Assembly (NCBI GenBank): GCA_964016885.1
Contig: OZ024748.1
Span: 13,268,001-13,332,000, forward strand
Direction: 5' to 3'
Length of the DNA: 64,000 nt
From: Eledone cirrhosa
Lineage: Eukaryota
Every line of letters begins with the position of its first letter. Within the stretch, counting starts at the first letter, position 1. Made by a program: the position numbers and the translations under genes. Positions 42,612-57,990 of this stretch are shown here, piece by piece. The notes below the pieces were generated by a model. That model was given only the letters and a program-made list of their open reading frames with translations, did no database searches and was not told the DNA's origin.

Positions 42612-42717
42612 CTATATTAAACTTTATACTCTGCAATGTATTGAGTACCTTACTTACTGTGGTTACCTCTCGATTCAACCCGGAATAACGTATATATATA
42701 TATATATATAATATATA

Positions 42718-42758
<41 letters not shown>

Positions 42759-43555
42759 GTGTGTGTGTGTGTAATTATTTGCGTATATTTTGTATATGTA
42801 CGTGATGCCGTTGTGTGGCTACGGACCAAACGAACCACACCCGTCGACCAAACTCCTCAATCATTGAAACTAACACTTGAAACAAAGCATTAACATCTCT
42901 CACCTTTTCAACACTACCACCATCTTCATAACTACTCTAAGCACCACCACCACTATTACCATGCTCCACCACAATCCAAAATGGCTGAAAGCGCGTCGTT
43001 TCATTTTAGTTTTATTTCACCGCTATTCGATATTTTACTATATTGTATATAGCAAACACACACACACACGCAGACATACAGACGCATACACACATACACA
43101 GACACGGACACGCAGACACACAGACACACACAGATACACACACACACAGACACACAGACAGACAGACAGACAGACACACACACACACACACACAGACACA
43201 CACACACACACACACATACACACACACTCCACACACTCACACACACTCACAAACACACACACACATATATATATATATGACAAAGGTGCAAATATATAGA
43301 AATATACCATCGTCTCCTTTCACTCTTCCTTTCTTCTTCTTTTTCTTCTTCTCTTCCTCCTCCTTCCTCCTCCTCCTCCTTTTCCTCCTCCTCTCTTCTT
43401 CTTCTTCTTCTTCTTCTTCTTCTTCTTCTTCTTCTTCTTCTTCTTCTTCTTCTTCTTCTTCTTCTTCTTTACATGCCCACCGTTTACTGTAGCTTATCCA
43501 GAGAAACATCGGTGACACATGTCAACCAGGTGCTTTGTGAGAGTCCAGCATAACT

Positions 43556-43755
43556 NNNNNNNNNNNNNNNNNNNNNNNNNNNNNNNNNNNNNNNNNNNNN
43601 NNNNNNNNNNNNNNNNNNNNNNNNNNNNNNNNNNNNNNNNNNNNNNNNNNNNNNNNNNNNNNNNNNNNNNNNNNNNNNNNNNNNNNNNNNNNNNNNNNNN
43701 NNNNNNNNNNNNNNNNNNNNNNNNNNNNNNNNNNNNNNNNNNNNNNNNNNNNNNN
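43556..43755. other. Assembly gap (200 N)
   Basis: Run of N with cataact on both sides. Confidence 1.
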
Positions 43756-44046
43756 CATAACTGACTGACAAGGCCGAGGTGCTCTAGTTGCGTTTCTGGC
43801 CCCACGATGTCTGACATAGATCGTTTCAACGGACTGTTTGGGGAGGCTGTTCGGTCGTATTGCTGGCCTAGTCAATACCTTGGCTATCCTAACCCCACTG
43901 CTGACTGACGATTTTATATTTATTACAATCTAATGTATTGGGTCTCAGATTTTTCACTACCAAGAACCCCTTTTATTTAAATTAATTTTTTCACGAACCC
44001 TTTCTTACCACTGGATTTACTCCCCGCCTATGTTCATATACAATAT

Positions 44047-44607
44047 TGGTTTCTAATATAGACACAAGGCCAGTGATTTTGGGGGAGGGGAAAGTCGATT
44101 AAATCGACACCAGTACGTGACTGGTACTTTATTTTATCGACCCCGTGAGGATGAAAGGCAAAGTTAACCTCGGCGAGATTTGAACTCAGATAATAAAGGG
44201 CCGTAACTCTTTGCTGCAAAGCATGGCGTCCGACACTCTACCGATTCTGCCAATATACAATATTAATAATTGTTTCTACTTTTGGCACAAGGCCAGCAAT
44301 TACCTCAGTGCATTACTGGTACTCTATTTTATCGACCCCGTAAGGATGAAAGGCAAAGTTAACATCGGCGTGATTTGAACTCAGAACGTAAAGGGTCATA
44401 ACTCTATGTTGCAAAGCATGGTGTCCGACGCTCTACCGATTCTGCCAATTCCCCGCCATATACAATGATAATAATTGTTTCTACTTTTGGCACAAGGCCA
44501 GCAATTACCCCAGTACATTACTGGTACTTTATTTTATCGACCCCGTAAGGATGAAAGGCAAAGTTAACCTCGGCGGGATTCGAACTGATACTGCCAATTC
44601 ACTACCT
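44047..44607 (-). mobile_element. Three head-to-tail SINE family A copies
   Basis: 44047-44254 (long form), 44268-44457 and 44472-44607 (head deleted). Confidence 0.9.
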
Positions 44608-44719
44608 TATCCAACGATACTAATGATCGAAAGATAGAATTTTTTTATACTTAATGAGATTTGATACACAATATTTTGTGTATAATTTTTTTAACAAAGT
44701 ACTTGAAATTTTCAACTTA

Positions 44720-44790
44720 GCTTACAGACCCCCTATTCTGCATTTACCGGATCCTTAGGGGTCTACCGACCCCTTGTTGGGAAACCATTG
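44720..44790 (-). mobile_element. Probable hAT-type MITE end
   Basis: Minus strand caatggtttcccaacaaggggtcggtagacccctaaggatcc resembles CAGTGGTTCCCAA termini. The partner end near 43935 is poorly preserved. Confidence 0.4.
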
Positions 44791-45171
44791 ATCTAGATTG
44801 ACGTATTGGTTGGAGCAGGTAACAGTTAGGGTCACGGATATCATCAATTCCCTCCTGCTGGTATTGAAACCAAACTTATTTCAAAAGAAAAGACAAAATA
44901 AAATCATGAATTTCACCCTACTGTGAAACTGTGAAAGCCATTGATTTTTTTTTATTTATTTAGAAATCTCGTCGTTATTTTGTCTAGGATAAGAATGAGT
45001 GAAAGAGAGGATGAAATCAAAGCGAAGAAAATTTTAGATGTGTGTATCCCTTTATTTTATTTTATTTATTTTACTTATTTTATTCTGGCAACAGGAAACA
45101 TATGATTGTAGATTTAATATTTTAATATGTAGATTTAATATTATAATAACATATATATATATATATGTAAT

Positions 45172-45254
<83 letters not shown>

Positions 45255-45263
45255 ATATGTATG

Positions 45264-45576
<313 letters not shown>

Positions 45577-45615
45577 ATTTATATATATATATATATGTAT
45601 ATATAATTACATCAA

Positions 45616-45797
45616 TGACATAAACAGGTACTCAAGTTTCATTGGATTCCGGGCCTGTCTTGACAGGCTGAATGAATTAGGGCTGAGAACCCAACGAAAC
45701 ATGAATACCTGTTTATGTCACTTTTGTATATATACTTAACTCGTCTTCTGGACTGAGTGCTCTTACTCTTGGATAATTCTACTTAACTTTTACTTCA
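45616..45797 (+). mobile_element. (TA)n-associated fold-back element (family Q), related copy at 61452-61588
   Basis: tgacataaacaggtactcaagtttcattgg is inverted relative to ccaacGAAAcatgaatacctgtttatgtca. Tail contains ggactgagtgctct. Confidence 0.6.
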
Positions 45798-45805
45798 GTA
45801 TATAC

Positions 45806-45909
<104 letters not shown>

Positions 45910-45972
45910 TTCTTTTATCTATAACTGATATCTACAGGACTAAAATTGTTTCATTCTTATGAAATCACCGAG
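45910..45972 (-). mobile_element. Degenerate family H hammerhead copy
   Basis: Minus strand tgatttcataagaatGAAAcaattttagtccTGTAgatatc aligns with 42566-42609. The CUGAUGA box is lost. Confidence 0.6.
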
Positions 45973-46084
45973 AACGTCCCCCAAAATATGTTCTTTCTCT
46001 ACTAACGTATTGAATAACTTATTTACAAGTGAAACATTCACGATTCTCAATCGGGATACCATCCTCAATAATAATATTTATTAG

Positions 46085-46199
<115 letters not shown>

Positions 46200-46290
46200 G
46201 TAGAAGTTATATTTAATTTGTTGCGATACAACAAGCAAATATTTTTATAACTGATATAAAGCACTCAACAAATTTTTGGAGTAAAAATAC

Positions 46291-46737
46291 AATATATTAA
46301 TAAATGGAAACTATATTTATAAAACCATATTTATTTCATTATACATATTTCAAGGACACCAAAGCAAATTATGGTGCGCTTTCTTAAGATAAAATACAAT
46401 ATAGATCAGTTTTATAAACAAATATTGACATAGCCTTAAAAGAATGTGACCATGTCTGTTGGAAGCTCCCGGATAGTGGGGTTATTCATTTTATTATTGG
46501 TCTATTAAGCAAATTAGTGTCGGAGAGGTTTAAATCCCATAGATTTAAATTAAGCCGTTGGAATAGGGAAAAAAATGGTCGCATTCTTTTAAGGGTATGT
46601 CAATATTTGTTTATAAAACTGATCTATATTATATTTTATCTGATGAAAGCGCACCATAATTTGCTTTGGTGTCCTTGAAATATGTATAATGAAATAAATA
46701 TGGTTTTATAAATATAGTTTCCATTTATTAATATATT
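46291..46737. repeat. Long inverted repeat (about 163-bp arms, 120-nt spacer) with a hammerhead-like core
   Basis: 46291-46453 vs 46575-46737, few mismatches. Right arm has CTGATGA-aagcgcacca...tggtgtcctt-GAAA-TATGTA. Confidence 0.85.
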
Positions 46738-46743
46738 ATATAT

Positions 46744-46812
<69 letters not shown>

Positions 46813-46968
46813 GAAACACACAGATACATGCGGACACACACATGTATACATGAATGCATCCGCACCCAACTGTGAGTTAAGGGTGCCAACTTCACCGATG
46901 TTGCTCAATGAATGACTGGGACAGACCAATTCAGTTTGAACCAGACTGAACCAGTATCAGAGTTAAAA

Positions 46969-47104
46969 ATACATTATGAAGAGAGAAGAAACATTTAGAT
47001 ATAATTAGTAATAAAATGTATCATACCTAAACTGTTCCTAAGAACAGTTTAGGTATGATACATTTTATTACTAATTATATCTAAATGTTTCTTCTCTCTT
47101 CATA

Positions 47105-47110
<6 letters not shown>
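46969..47110. repeat. Perfect inverted repeat, 69-bp arms and 4-nt loop, abutting (TA)n
   Basis: 46969-47037 / ctaa / 47042-47110. Confidence 0.95.
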
Positions 47111-47179
<69 letters not shown>

Positions 47180-47210
47180 AAAAAATGGAGGTGTAACACA
47201 CGAGTTGTGA

Positions 47211-47424
47211 TATATTAGTAAAAGGAAAAGAAAATGCTGACAAATTTTTCCCAGTGAAAAATAGTTTAATTAGGAATAAGTATAAATTAGTAATACGTAT
47301 TGGTTAGTATTCAGTTTTAGTTTTAAAACTGAATACTAATCAATACTTATTACTAATTTATACTTATTCTTAATTAAACTATTTTTCACTGGGAAAAATT
47401 TGTCACCATTTTCTTTTTCTTTTA

Positions 47425-47432
<8 letters not shown>
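47211..47432. repeat. Near-perfect inverted repeat, 109-bp arms and 4-nt loop, abutting (TA)n
   Basis: 47211-47319 / gttt / 47324-47432, about 5 mismatches. Confidence 0.95.
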
Positions 47433-47482
<50 letters not shown>

Positions 47483-47565
47483 GGAGGTGAGTTTTATTGT
47501 AGTACAATAAAGCAATGCAGATATCGGATAAGAAGCACTCTACAGTTTGTGGGACTGGAGTATGC

Positions 47566-47604
<39 letters not shown>

Positions 47605-47942
47605 ATATACATATATATATGTATATGTATATATGTATGTATGCTGGTAGATTTTCAAAACCAATTCTAACCCTATTTGTCATATAAGCATGGCAAATAT
47701 AATTGTTTTCATGAATAATGATAAAAAAAACGAAAACCCACATCGACGGCGACCTTAACTGTTCCTATGTACTGTTGGTAAATATGGCAACTAACGTGTC
47801 ATTACATATTGTATATAGTTTAAAATTAACCATATACTCGATATGTTACACAGGCAATTGTGCACTAGCCGAATGCAGTCAGTCAGTCTATAGGGTAAAG
47901 GTTTATATATATATATATACATACATATACATATATATATAT

Positions 47943-47973
<31 letters not shown>

Positions 47974-47984
47974 AATATATATAT

Positions 47985-48068
<84 letters not shown>

Positions 48069-48499
48069 GTATTTATATATATATATATATGTGCGTGTGT
48101 GTATGTATATGTATGTATATATAAAAGTAGCGATGAAAGGGATACTCCTTGTAATATGCCTCCATTGAGATATATTCGCTGCGTTCCTATTAATCGGTCA
48201 TTTCTCATTGTTCATGTATATTGTTACCACGACCTCCGCTTGTCAATGGTACGTTTGAAATGGATGAGGTGGAGGTAGAGATGAAGGGGAGAAGCGTCTT
48301 TGCCGTTCACGTTGCCAAAAGCCATGAATACGAGACACAAACAAAAGTATTTTAGTGGGTGATCAATCTATGCCATTACTACTGTTGCTGTTTTCCGTTT
48401 TCGGTATTGTTGCACCTCCATCTACCCACCACTAGATCAACCATCCCCATCAATCCTCTATAAGCAAACACTGCCATCTCTCTCTCTCTCTCGGTATAT

Positions 48500-48607
<108 letters not shown>

Positions 48608-48643
48608 TTCTATTTATCTATCAATTTATTTATTTCTCTCTCT

Positions 48644-48706
<63 letters not shown>

Positions 48707-48949
48707 CTCCATCCGTCACACTATCCAAAGTATCTAACCACTCCACCCCCACTCCCGAATATTTATGTACGACACATTTTCACAACTTTTCGTATTTGAT
48801 TAATTACTTTAGTTACCATACTTCTCTTTGAGAAATTACAAAATACATTTCGTCTACTACTTAATACATGATTTCTTTGGAAAATATGAGTTGTTCTCTT
48901 TGTATTTCAGCGTTTGGTTTACTTATTTTGGACAGTTTAATGTAGAGGA

Positions 48950-49440
48950 CTGACAGAATCGTTAGAGCGGTAGAAAAATACATTTCAGGATTTGTGTAAG
49001 ACTCTTTACGTTCTGAGTTCAAATCTGGTCTAGGTCATAGTAGCTTTTTATATCCAGACTTCGATTAAATAAAATATCCATTAAATATTGGTCGATTTAA
49101 TTGACTTTTCCCTCACACTAAAATTACCGGTCTTGTGCTTAAATTAAATATTATTAATGTAGCTATATCGTACTACAACGTGGAGGTGTGTGGCCTATTT
49201 ATAAGGGCGTCGCACCTACGATCATAATATCATTGGTTCCGTTTCTGGATTGTGTTGTGTTCTGAGCAAAAGACTTCATTTCACACTGCTCCTGAGTTCT
49301 CAGCTGAAAACGCGTACCAGCAATTGTTGGAGGTTTAACCTTGCGATATAGTAACGTCATGTCTTCTACTCTTAGACGCTTCACGCCACGGAAACCGAGA
49401 TAAGCAACGGTCTGATGAACTTCTGGTCTCAAGACAGACT
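48950..49440 (+). mobile_element. Old SINE family A (48950-49155) followed by SINE family B (49180-49440)
   Basis: ctttacgttctgagttcaaat...ggtcttgtgc, then ggaggtgtgtggcct...ctcttagacgcttcacgccacggaaaccgagataagc. Confidence 0.7.
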
Positions 49441-50021
49441 TTAGGCATAGATATCATACTACAGAATCTTGGACAATAGATATAAATACTTCCACAATCT
49501 TTGTATTAAGACTAATTCATACTAACTGAATACAATTCCCCCTAAGGCCATTTTACTACACGGCAACGACCAGGCATAGTAAACAACAATAAAAAAAAAA
49601 ACAGCACAAAAATATGTTTACATGCATTTTTTTTTTCTTCTAGTTTTATTTTTTCCACTTTTCTTTCAGAATGTTTCATATTTCAATTTCCTAAATACAA
49701 AGGAAATATTTCATTCACGATATATGTAATACGTTTTCACCAAGCTTAAAAGCTTCGTCAACTAATAAATTAGATTTATTATATATATATACATATTTCT
49801 TTTTTTTAAAATAAATATTTATTATTGAGAAAACAAATTAAAATGAATAATAATCGAAATCATTTTTCGAACATCAAAAAAAAAAAATGAACCACTTATC
49901 ATAGAAAGAAGAAAGGAAAAAAAAAGAAAGAAAAAAAGAAATAATAATAATAATTGATAAAAATGGCCACGAAATAATAAAAAATTAAATAAAAATTAAC
50001 AACAATAACAGCAATGAAAAC

Positions 50022-50058
<37 letters not shown>

Positions 50059-50329
50059 ATATATATATTATTATTATTATTGCCCCAAATATCGTGTTTA
50101 GAACATACCACCATACAATGTGCATCCAGGCAGAATTTTTCAGGTTGTTCGTCCATTTATTAACTATTAGAGTACACACACATACACACACACAATCACA
50201 TATATATATATATATATATATATTGATTTCTAATTTAGGCACAAGTCAAGCAAATTTATAAAAGAATATAAGGCAATGGCATCTTAGTCAAGGCTTTAGA
50301 AATCCCAGTCTATCGCAGATTTTAACTGA

Positions 50330-50458
50330 GTATACTGGAGCAACGTAAGAGAAAGTATTTTGCTCAAAATCACAGCACACATCCCAGCCCAGGAATCGAA
50401 CCCACGACATTATGATCTTGAGTCGAACAGCGTTACTACTAAGCCACGCGCCTCCACA
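50330..50458 (-). mobile_element. tRNA-derived SINE family B head
   Basis: Minus strand ggaggcgcgtggcttagtagtaa...gggttcgattcct...ttgagcaaaatact. Confidence 0.7.
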
Positions 50459-50939
50459 TAAACATTCCAAAACGCAATAGAATTATATACAACGCTTTAG
50501 CAATACCAGATCTGCATCAGTCATTTTCTTTGGCAAGATCTGCAAGACGTCAGCCTGCCTGAGGAAGGATGGCTGTGAGGTGAGCTGGTTGTCGCAGTGA
50601 GTGTCGCTAGTCATTCTCCGTGGCAATGACTTCGCCATTCTGTCTGTGGGACACGGTCGCATCACAACTCTGAGTAGAGTGAAGAGTCTGCCACTCCCCT
50701 ACTCTCTTTCTCTCTTTCCTTCGTTGGTTATCTTTTTTCTTTTCTTCTTTCCCATTCTGTGTTTTCTGGGGGTTTCATTTAATTATTTCACTTTTTTTTT
50801 CAACGTAAGCTTCTGACTTTTATTTGATAAGTAGTCAAATGTTCTCATGAATCTATGGATTGCTGTTACACTGTTGTTTCACATTCTAAAGTTTTAGAAT
50901 CTTTTCTCAGATACATATAAAGGTACACACACACACACA

Positions 50940-51018
<79 letters not shown>

Positions 51019-51151
51019 ACATATACAGACACCCCCCGCCCACACACAGACACACACACAGACACACACACACTGTTAGTTTTATCTAAAGACATATTTT
51101 CCAATTCCACCCCGCCCGCCCTTCAATCTATCTTATTTCTCATTCTTTCTT

Positions 51152-51180
51152 CTGATGAAGGACTAGCGTCCGAAACGTTA
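51152..51180 (+). ncRNA. Minimal hammerhead-like motif in a probable Penelope-like pLTR
   Basis: CTGATGA-A-GGAC-tagc-GTCC-GAAACGTTA with palindromic AACGTT. Stem I is not evident. Confidence 0.5.
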
Positions 51181-51278
51181 ATGGCCTCTTCCTGCAATTT
51201 CAAGCGGTAATCTAATATATCCCTTCCATATACTGTACCGATTGTGTTGTTATTTCTGTTTACATTTTACATATATTT

Positions 51279-51453
<175 letters not shown>

Positions 51454-51454
51454 T

Positions 51455-51597
<143 letters not shown>

Positions 51598-51598
51598 T

Positions 51599-51711
<113 letters not shown>

Positions 51712-52176
51712 TCACCCGTACAGAGAAACATAGATACATATCCACCTTAATATATGTATATGACATCATCTCCACTACCAACATCACTACCATCATCCCC
51801 ACTACCAACATCACTACCATCATCCCTACTACCATCATCATAATCATTTTAATCTCATCCCGAAAACTAACGCCATTTTAAAAATACGTATATCCTACAT
51901 CTGCCCACATTTGCATTCCGTTTTCTGAAATTCATTTATTTAAAATAAAAACATGCAAAAATATTCTGACGTGTACTGATACCGTACACATTAATTTTTT
52001 TAAATTTTGTATAATTATTTTTTATTTTTTTACATTATTTCTTGTATTTAATTTATAGCTATATTATTTATTTATTTTTCACAATTTCATCCCGAGTGTA
52101 AAATGCACTTTGCATTAGATTTCACGCACATTTCATTTAAATATAGTTTCATCATATATATGCATATATATATATG

Positions 52177-52221
<45 letters not shown>

Positions 52222-52573
52222 TATATATTTATGTATAGTATATAAGTATGTACGAATATATATATATATATATATGTTCATACATCCATATATACATAAG
52301 TATATAACACACACATGTATATATGTATGCATATCAGTATGTGAGCGTATTGACGTCTATCTGTCATCCACGCATATAACTGAATGCAAATGCAGATGTA
52401 GAAGCAGGGATATATAAAGAATAAAAAAAAATAAAATTTCATGCATCAATTTGACTTGTCAGAACTACTTAAAAGAAATCAAATATACATATATATTTTC
52501 TCTAATTTCTATGGAGTATATAGACATATTATATATACGTATGTACACACGCAAACACGTACACACAAGCCCG

Positions 52574-52643
<70 letters not shown>

Positions 52644-52646
52644 TAT

Positions 52647-52702
<56 letters not shown>

Positions 52703-52729
52703 TTAAATATATATATATGTATATATATG

Positions 52730-52761
<32 letters not shown>

Positions 52762-52791
52762 TATATATATATATATATACTTACACATATA

Positions 52792-52827
<36 letters not shown>

Positions 52828-52895
52828 CTTACGTGGACAGTGTAGTTTCGAATATTTACTCATATATTTACATACATCCACACGTACATACATTC

Positions 52896-52932
<37 letters not shown>

Positions 52933-53109
52933 AACATTGGCATACGGAATTTCATTGTACGTTTGCTATCCTTCTTATTTTCTTACCAAATTTTCTCTAG
53001 TTTTATAATATCGTTCTCCCCACCTCTCACATACTTCTTCTCTCTATCTACACATGTTTACATATACATATATATATAAGTGTGGGGATTGAGAACTCTG
53101 TACACACAC

Positions 53110-53209
<100 letters not shown>

Positions 53210-53299
53210 GTATATATATATATATATATATTTATGTGTGTATATATATATATATATATATGTATGTATATATATATATACATATATACATATATACAT

Positions 53300-53361
<62 letters not shown>

Positions 53362-53362
53362 A

Positions 53363-53520
<158 letters not shown>

Positions 53521-53642
53521 TCATTATATATTTATTCATTTATTCATTAATTCGTATCATCCTTTGTAAAATGTATGTTCCCATTTGCGGAACAAAACAA
53601 CCAACAAACACATACACACAACTACATATCAAAACGGAATGC

Positions 53643-53821
<179 letters not shown>

Positions 53822-54049
53822 CAATAATAATAATAAATAATGTAATGTTTAATATGAATAAATTTTATTCAGCTAATGTACAAATATAAAGAAACATGAA
53901 ATGTTGAAGATGGAGGGAAAATAAAATAGTGAAAATTTTGGAATTTTCTCCAAAATTTATATTCGATCAATATGTTTTCAATATATTGTATATATTTTTG
54001 TTGCTTTTGATGGAGTAATTCCACCAAAGGGGGAACTAGAGTAAAGAGC

Positions 54050-54221
54050 TTCATCACCAGCATCATTATCATCAGCATCATCATAATTATCAGCATCAGC
54101 ATCAGCATCCTCGTCATCATCAACATTGTCGTCTTCTTCATCAACATTGTCGTCGTCTTCATCAATATCCACCTCGTCGTCATCATCATCAACATCGTCA
54201 TCATCATCATCATCAACATCG

Positions 54222-54253
<32 letters not shown>

Positions 54254-54737
54254 GTCATCATCATCAACATCGTCGTCTTCATCATCAACATCGTCATCAT
54301 CATCATCATCAACATCGTCGTCTTCATCAATATCGTCATCATCATCATCATCAACATCGTCGTCGTCATCATCTACATCGTCGTCTTCATCAACGTCGTC
54401 ATCCTCATCATCATCATCATCATCATCAACATTGTCATCATCACCAACATCGTCATCATCACCAACATCGTCATCATCATCAACATCGTCTTCATCATCA
54501 ACATCAACATCGTCATCATCATCATTGTCGTCTTCATCATCATTTTCAACGACATGGTTGTCGACTTCAGCATTGTCATCATCATCATCCCCTCATCATC
54601 ATCATCATCATCATCATCATCGTCGGCATCATCATAAAGATTGTCATCGTTGTCGTCGTCGTCGTCGTTCGCATCATCATCATCGTCGTCATCATCATAG
54701 TCACGATCACCATCATCATCATCAGCTTCGTCATCAC

Positions 54738-54816
<79 letters not shown>

Positions 54817-54825
54817 GTCGTCGTT
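54050..54825. repeat. (CAT/CGT)n low-complexity array
   Basis: Direct observation. Confidence 0.95.
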
Positions 54826-54829
54826 GGGA

Positions 54830-55340
54830 CCATCTAGAAACACCTCGAAACTGGATTCATTATGTCCACCAAGTGTGATACCTCTTTTAGTTATTGTCAC
54901 ACGGCCTACAAGCTCATGCTTAGAGTAGACCCATACGTTCGGACCTTATTCGCTACTGACATCCAGGGCTTCCAAGAGAAATTTCGCAAGGCGGTACAAG
55001 ACCCATTTGGCGTTCGAAGCAGGCAAACACTTTTCTCAAAATGTATGATGCTTGGTTGCTGTGGGACCTTCTTAGTTCTTGTAAGTTACACCCAACATTC
55101 AACAAACTTCCTAAGGAGCAGCAGACAACTATCCCATCTCCGCTATAGCTTTCCTATCCAAGAGAATATTGACCGAAGAGGAATGTATCTGTCCTCAGTC
55201 TTTCATTGTGGTCTCCTTTGAAACCTCTTTCGTTATAGCCACCAGTCAGAAGAAAGTTGTGTCACTTCTCGGCTAAAGGAAGAAGGCGGAGATGATTTGA
55301 TCTTCATGATGGAGTCAGCCGATAGACAGATCCATACCAC
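54830..55340 (-). mobile_element. Possible highly decayed RTE-like reverse transcriptase fragment
   Basis: Minus strand LRNFSWKPWMSVANKVRTY weakly resembles the RTE thumb motif L..IW....IS...K.R.Y. Stops and frameshifts are present. Confidence 0.3.
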
Positions 55341-55704
55341 ACGTGAGAACAACTACTCGACAAATCTCCACAAGTAATAACAATTGTAGAGATGGTGATG
55401 ATTTCTAACATCGATAATAAATAAAATCATAATTTTCATTTATAGACACGATATTGAATCTAGATCAATATTATCCTAGATCAATACAAAGAAAAGACGA
55501 GAGAGCTGTTACTTCTATTGAGAATATAAAGAGACGTATCTAAATACGACCAACTGCTTTGTCCGGCACTTAATGTTCATCTTATTGCCCAGTATTTCAA
55601 TGGTAGCGTTATAGCGTTGTAGTGTTGTCTACAGTACAGCTAACTAAAGTATGTCATTTTGCTGGAAATACAGGAGTGATACACACACACACACATATAT
55701 ATAA

Positions 55705-55754
<50 letters not shown>

Positions 55755-55789
55755 GCACATATGCGTAAAGATCCCCTGGAATACTATTA

Positions 55790-55820
<31 letters not shown>

Positions 55821-55851
55821 TTTTTTTTTATATATATATATGTATATATAC

Positions 55852-55953
<102 letters not shown>

Positions 55954-56172
55954 GTATGTATACAGAGAGAGAGAGTGTGTGTGTGTATGTGTGTTAGGGG
56001 TGTGTTTGTGAGCGTGTATGTATACATATGTGTTTGTATACAGACACATTCACACATACTAACGTATACCTTATACACTACACACACCTCCTCCTCTATC
56101 AAATACCTCTTCTTCTTTCTCTTTTCCCCCCTTACCTCCTGCAGTCCCTCTCTTAATATCTCCCACCCTCTC

Positions 56173-56204
<32 letters not shown>

Positions 56205-56285
56205 CCTCTCTTCCTCTCTCTCTCTCATTGCTAATACTCACTTCACACTGAAGGACAGCTTACCTTGCGAAACACACACAAACAA

Positions 56286-56346
56286 CACAGATATAAATAC
56301 AATTACACAGATATAAATACAATTACACAGATATAAATACAATTAC
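56286..56346. repeat. 20-bp tandem repeat x3 (acagatataaatacaattac)
   Basis: Direct observation. Confidence 0.9.
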
Positions 56347-56555
56347 ACGCACTTCCACACGCAGAAATATTTACGTACACACACATATGCATAAATACAT
56401 ACATACGAAACACTAGACATGCACAAACATACACACGCACAAACACACACACACACACATATACACACATAAATATATACGAACACAGAGCTTAACATAC
56501 AAATAGAAACATAGACACACACACACACACAAACATACACATACACAATTATATA

Positions 56556-56591
<36 letters not shown>

Positions 56592-57483
56592 TAGGAGAAA
56601 GTAGTTAAGATAGATATATTATATATAGTTAGATAGAGAGAGGGGGTGGATATAAGGAGAGAGAGGGTGGGGGGAGAAACAGAGAGGGATAGAGTGAAGT
56701 ATAGACAGACAGGGAAGTTAGAGGAGATCGATATGTACTGAGAGAAAGCGAGAGAGAGAGAGAGAGAGATGGAGAGAGAGTGTGGCAGAGTAAGTGGATG
56801 TTAAGGAGAGATAGAGAGAAAGAAAGAGAGAAAGAGGGACAAGGTAGAGGAGTTAGAGACGTTCTTAATGAAATCTACCTGGCGTCAGTTAGATTTCACG
56901 TCCAGCGCCGCCTGTCTTGCAGTGACGTCACACACACACACATATATGTGTGTGTGTGTGTGTGTATGCGTGCGTGTGTGTGTTTATACATACACATACG
57001 TTCATACATAGACACATATGTATATCTGTGTGTTTGTGTGTGTACTGACACATGTGTATATAAATATGTATAAATATATATATATATATATATACACCCA
57101 TGCATAATAGACATAAACATGTATATTTATGTAAATATACATGTTACATAAATGTATTTATCTCCGTTACACACACAGACACACATACACACAAACACAC
57201 ACACAAACACACACACACACACACACATTCACACACACACACACACGCATTCACATACGCTCACACATACACACGACAGTTTTTTGTATTGTGAAGTCAA
57301 GGAAAGAAGTCAATCTGTGTTAATTAAAAATAAATCATAGTAAACTGTTGTACTATTTATCTATTTATAGTAAATGAAACCTATCTATGAACGAGGGACA
57401 TTTCTTTGAGTGTTGGCTGAACAGGACGCTAAAAATAACAGCTAAATAGCTTGTAAGAATGGCAGGTTTGAATAACTTGCTAT

Positions 57484-57860
57484 CTTCTTCTTCTTCTTCT
57501 TCTTCTTCTTCTTCTTCTTCTTCTTCTTCTTCTTCTTCTTCTTCTTCTTCTTCTTCTTCTTCTTCTTCTTCTTCTTCTTCTTCTTCTTCCTCTTCTCCCA
57601 CTTATTCCTGAGAAGTTCGTGGAAGCAAAATCCTCAAAAAACGTTTCCCCGTGGGCTCTGTCAGAAGCAACCGTCTTCAAATGATCCGGCTGGATTGTCA
57701 AGGGAGACGACCCAAGTTCATGAGTGTTATCTAACCATCTTGTTCGGGTTCTGTCCTTGAGTCTCTTGCCGGTTGGTTTTGCACGTAAAATATATCCAGC
57801 CATTCCTATTTGTTTGGGACATTCCAATGAATTCGAAGAAGTGACAGCTCTACCTGGAGT
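57484..57860 (-). mobile_element. RTE-clade LINE 3' end with (GAA)n tail
   Basis: ILRAKPTGKRLKDRTRTRWLDN...TVASDR matches the RTE C-terminal GKRPRGRP.TRW.D / A.DR motifs. A (GAA)n tail follows. Confidence 0.7.
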
Positions 57861-57990
57861 TTTTGAGGGGTAATTTACCCAATTTTCTCAACTATCACAT
57901 TTATAGTGATCAATTATCATTATGGTCACTTGCATATGGACGCACACATTTCAACTATATATATATATATATATAAATATATATATATGT

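Noticed and set aside
50483-50700. GC-richer island with a 60-aa ORF
   Set aside because: No recognisable motif, ATG context or splice signals.
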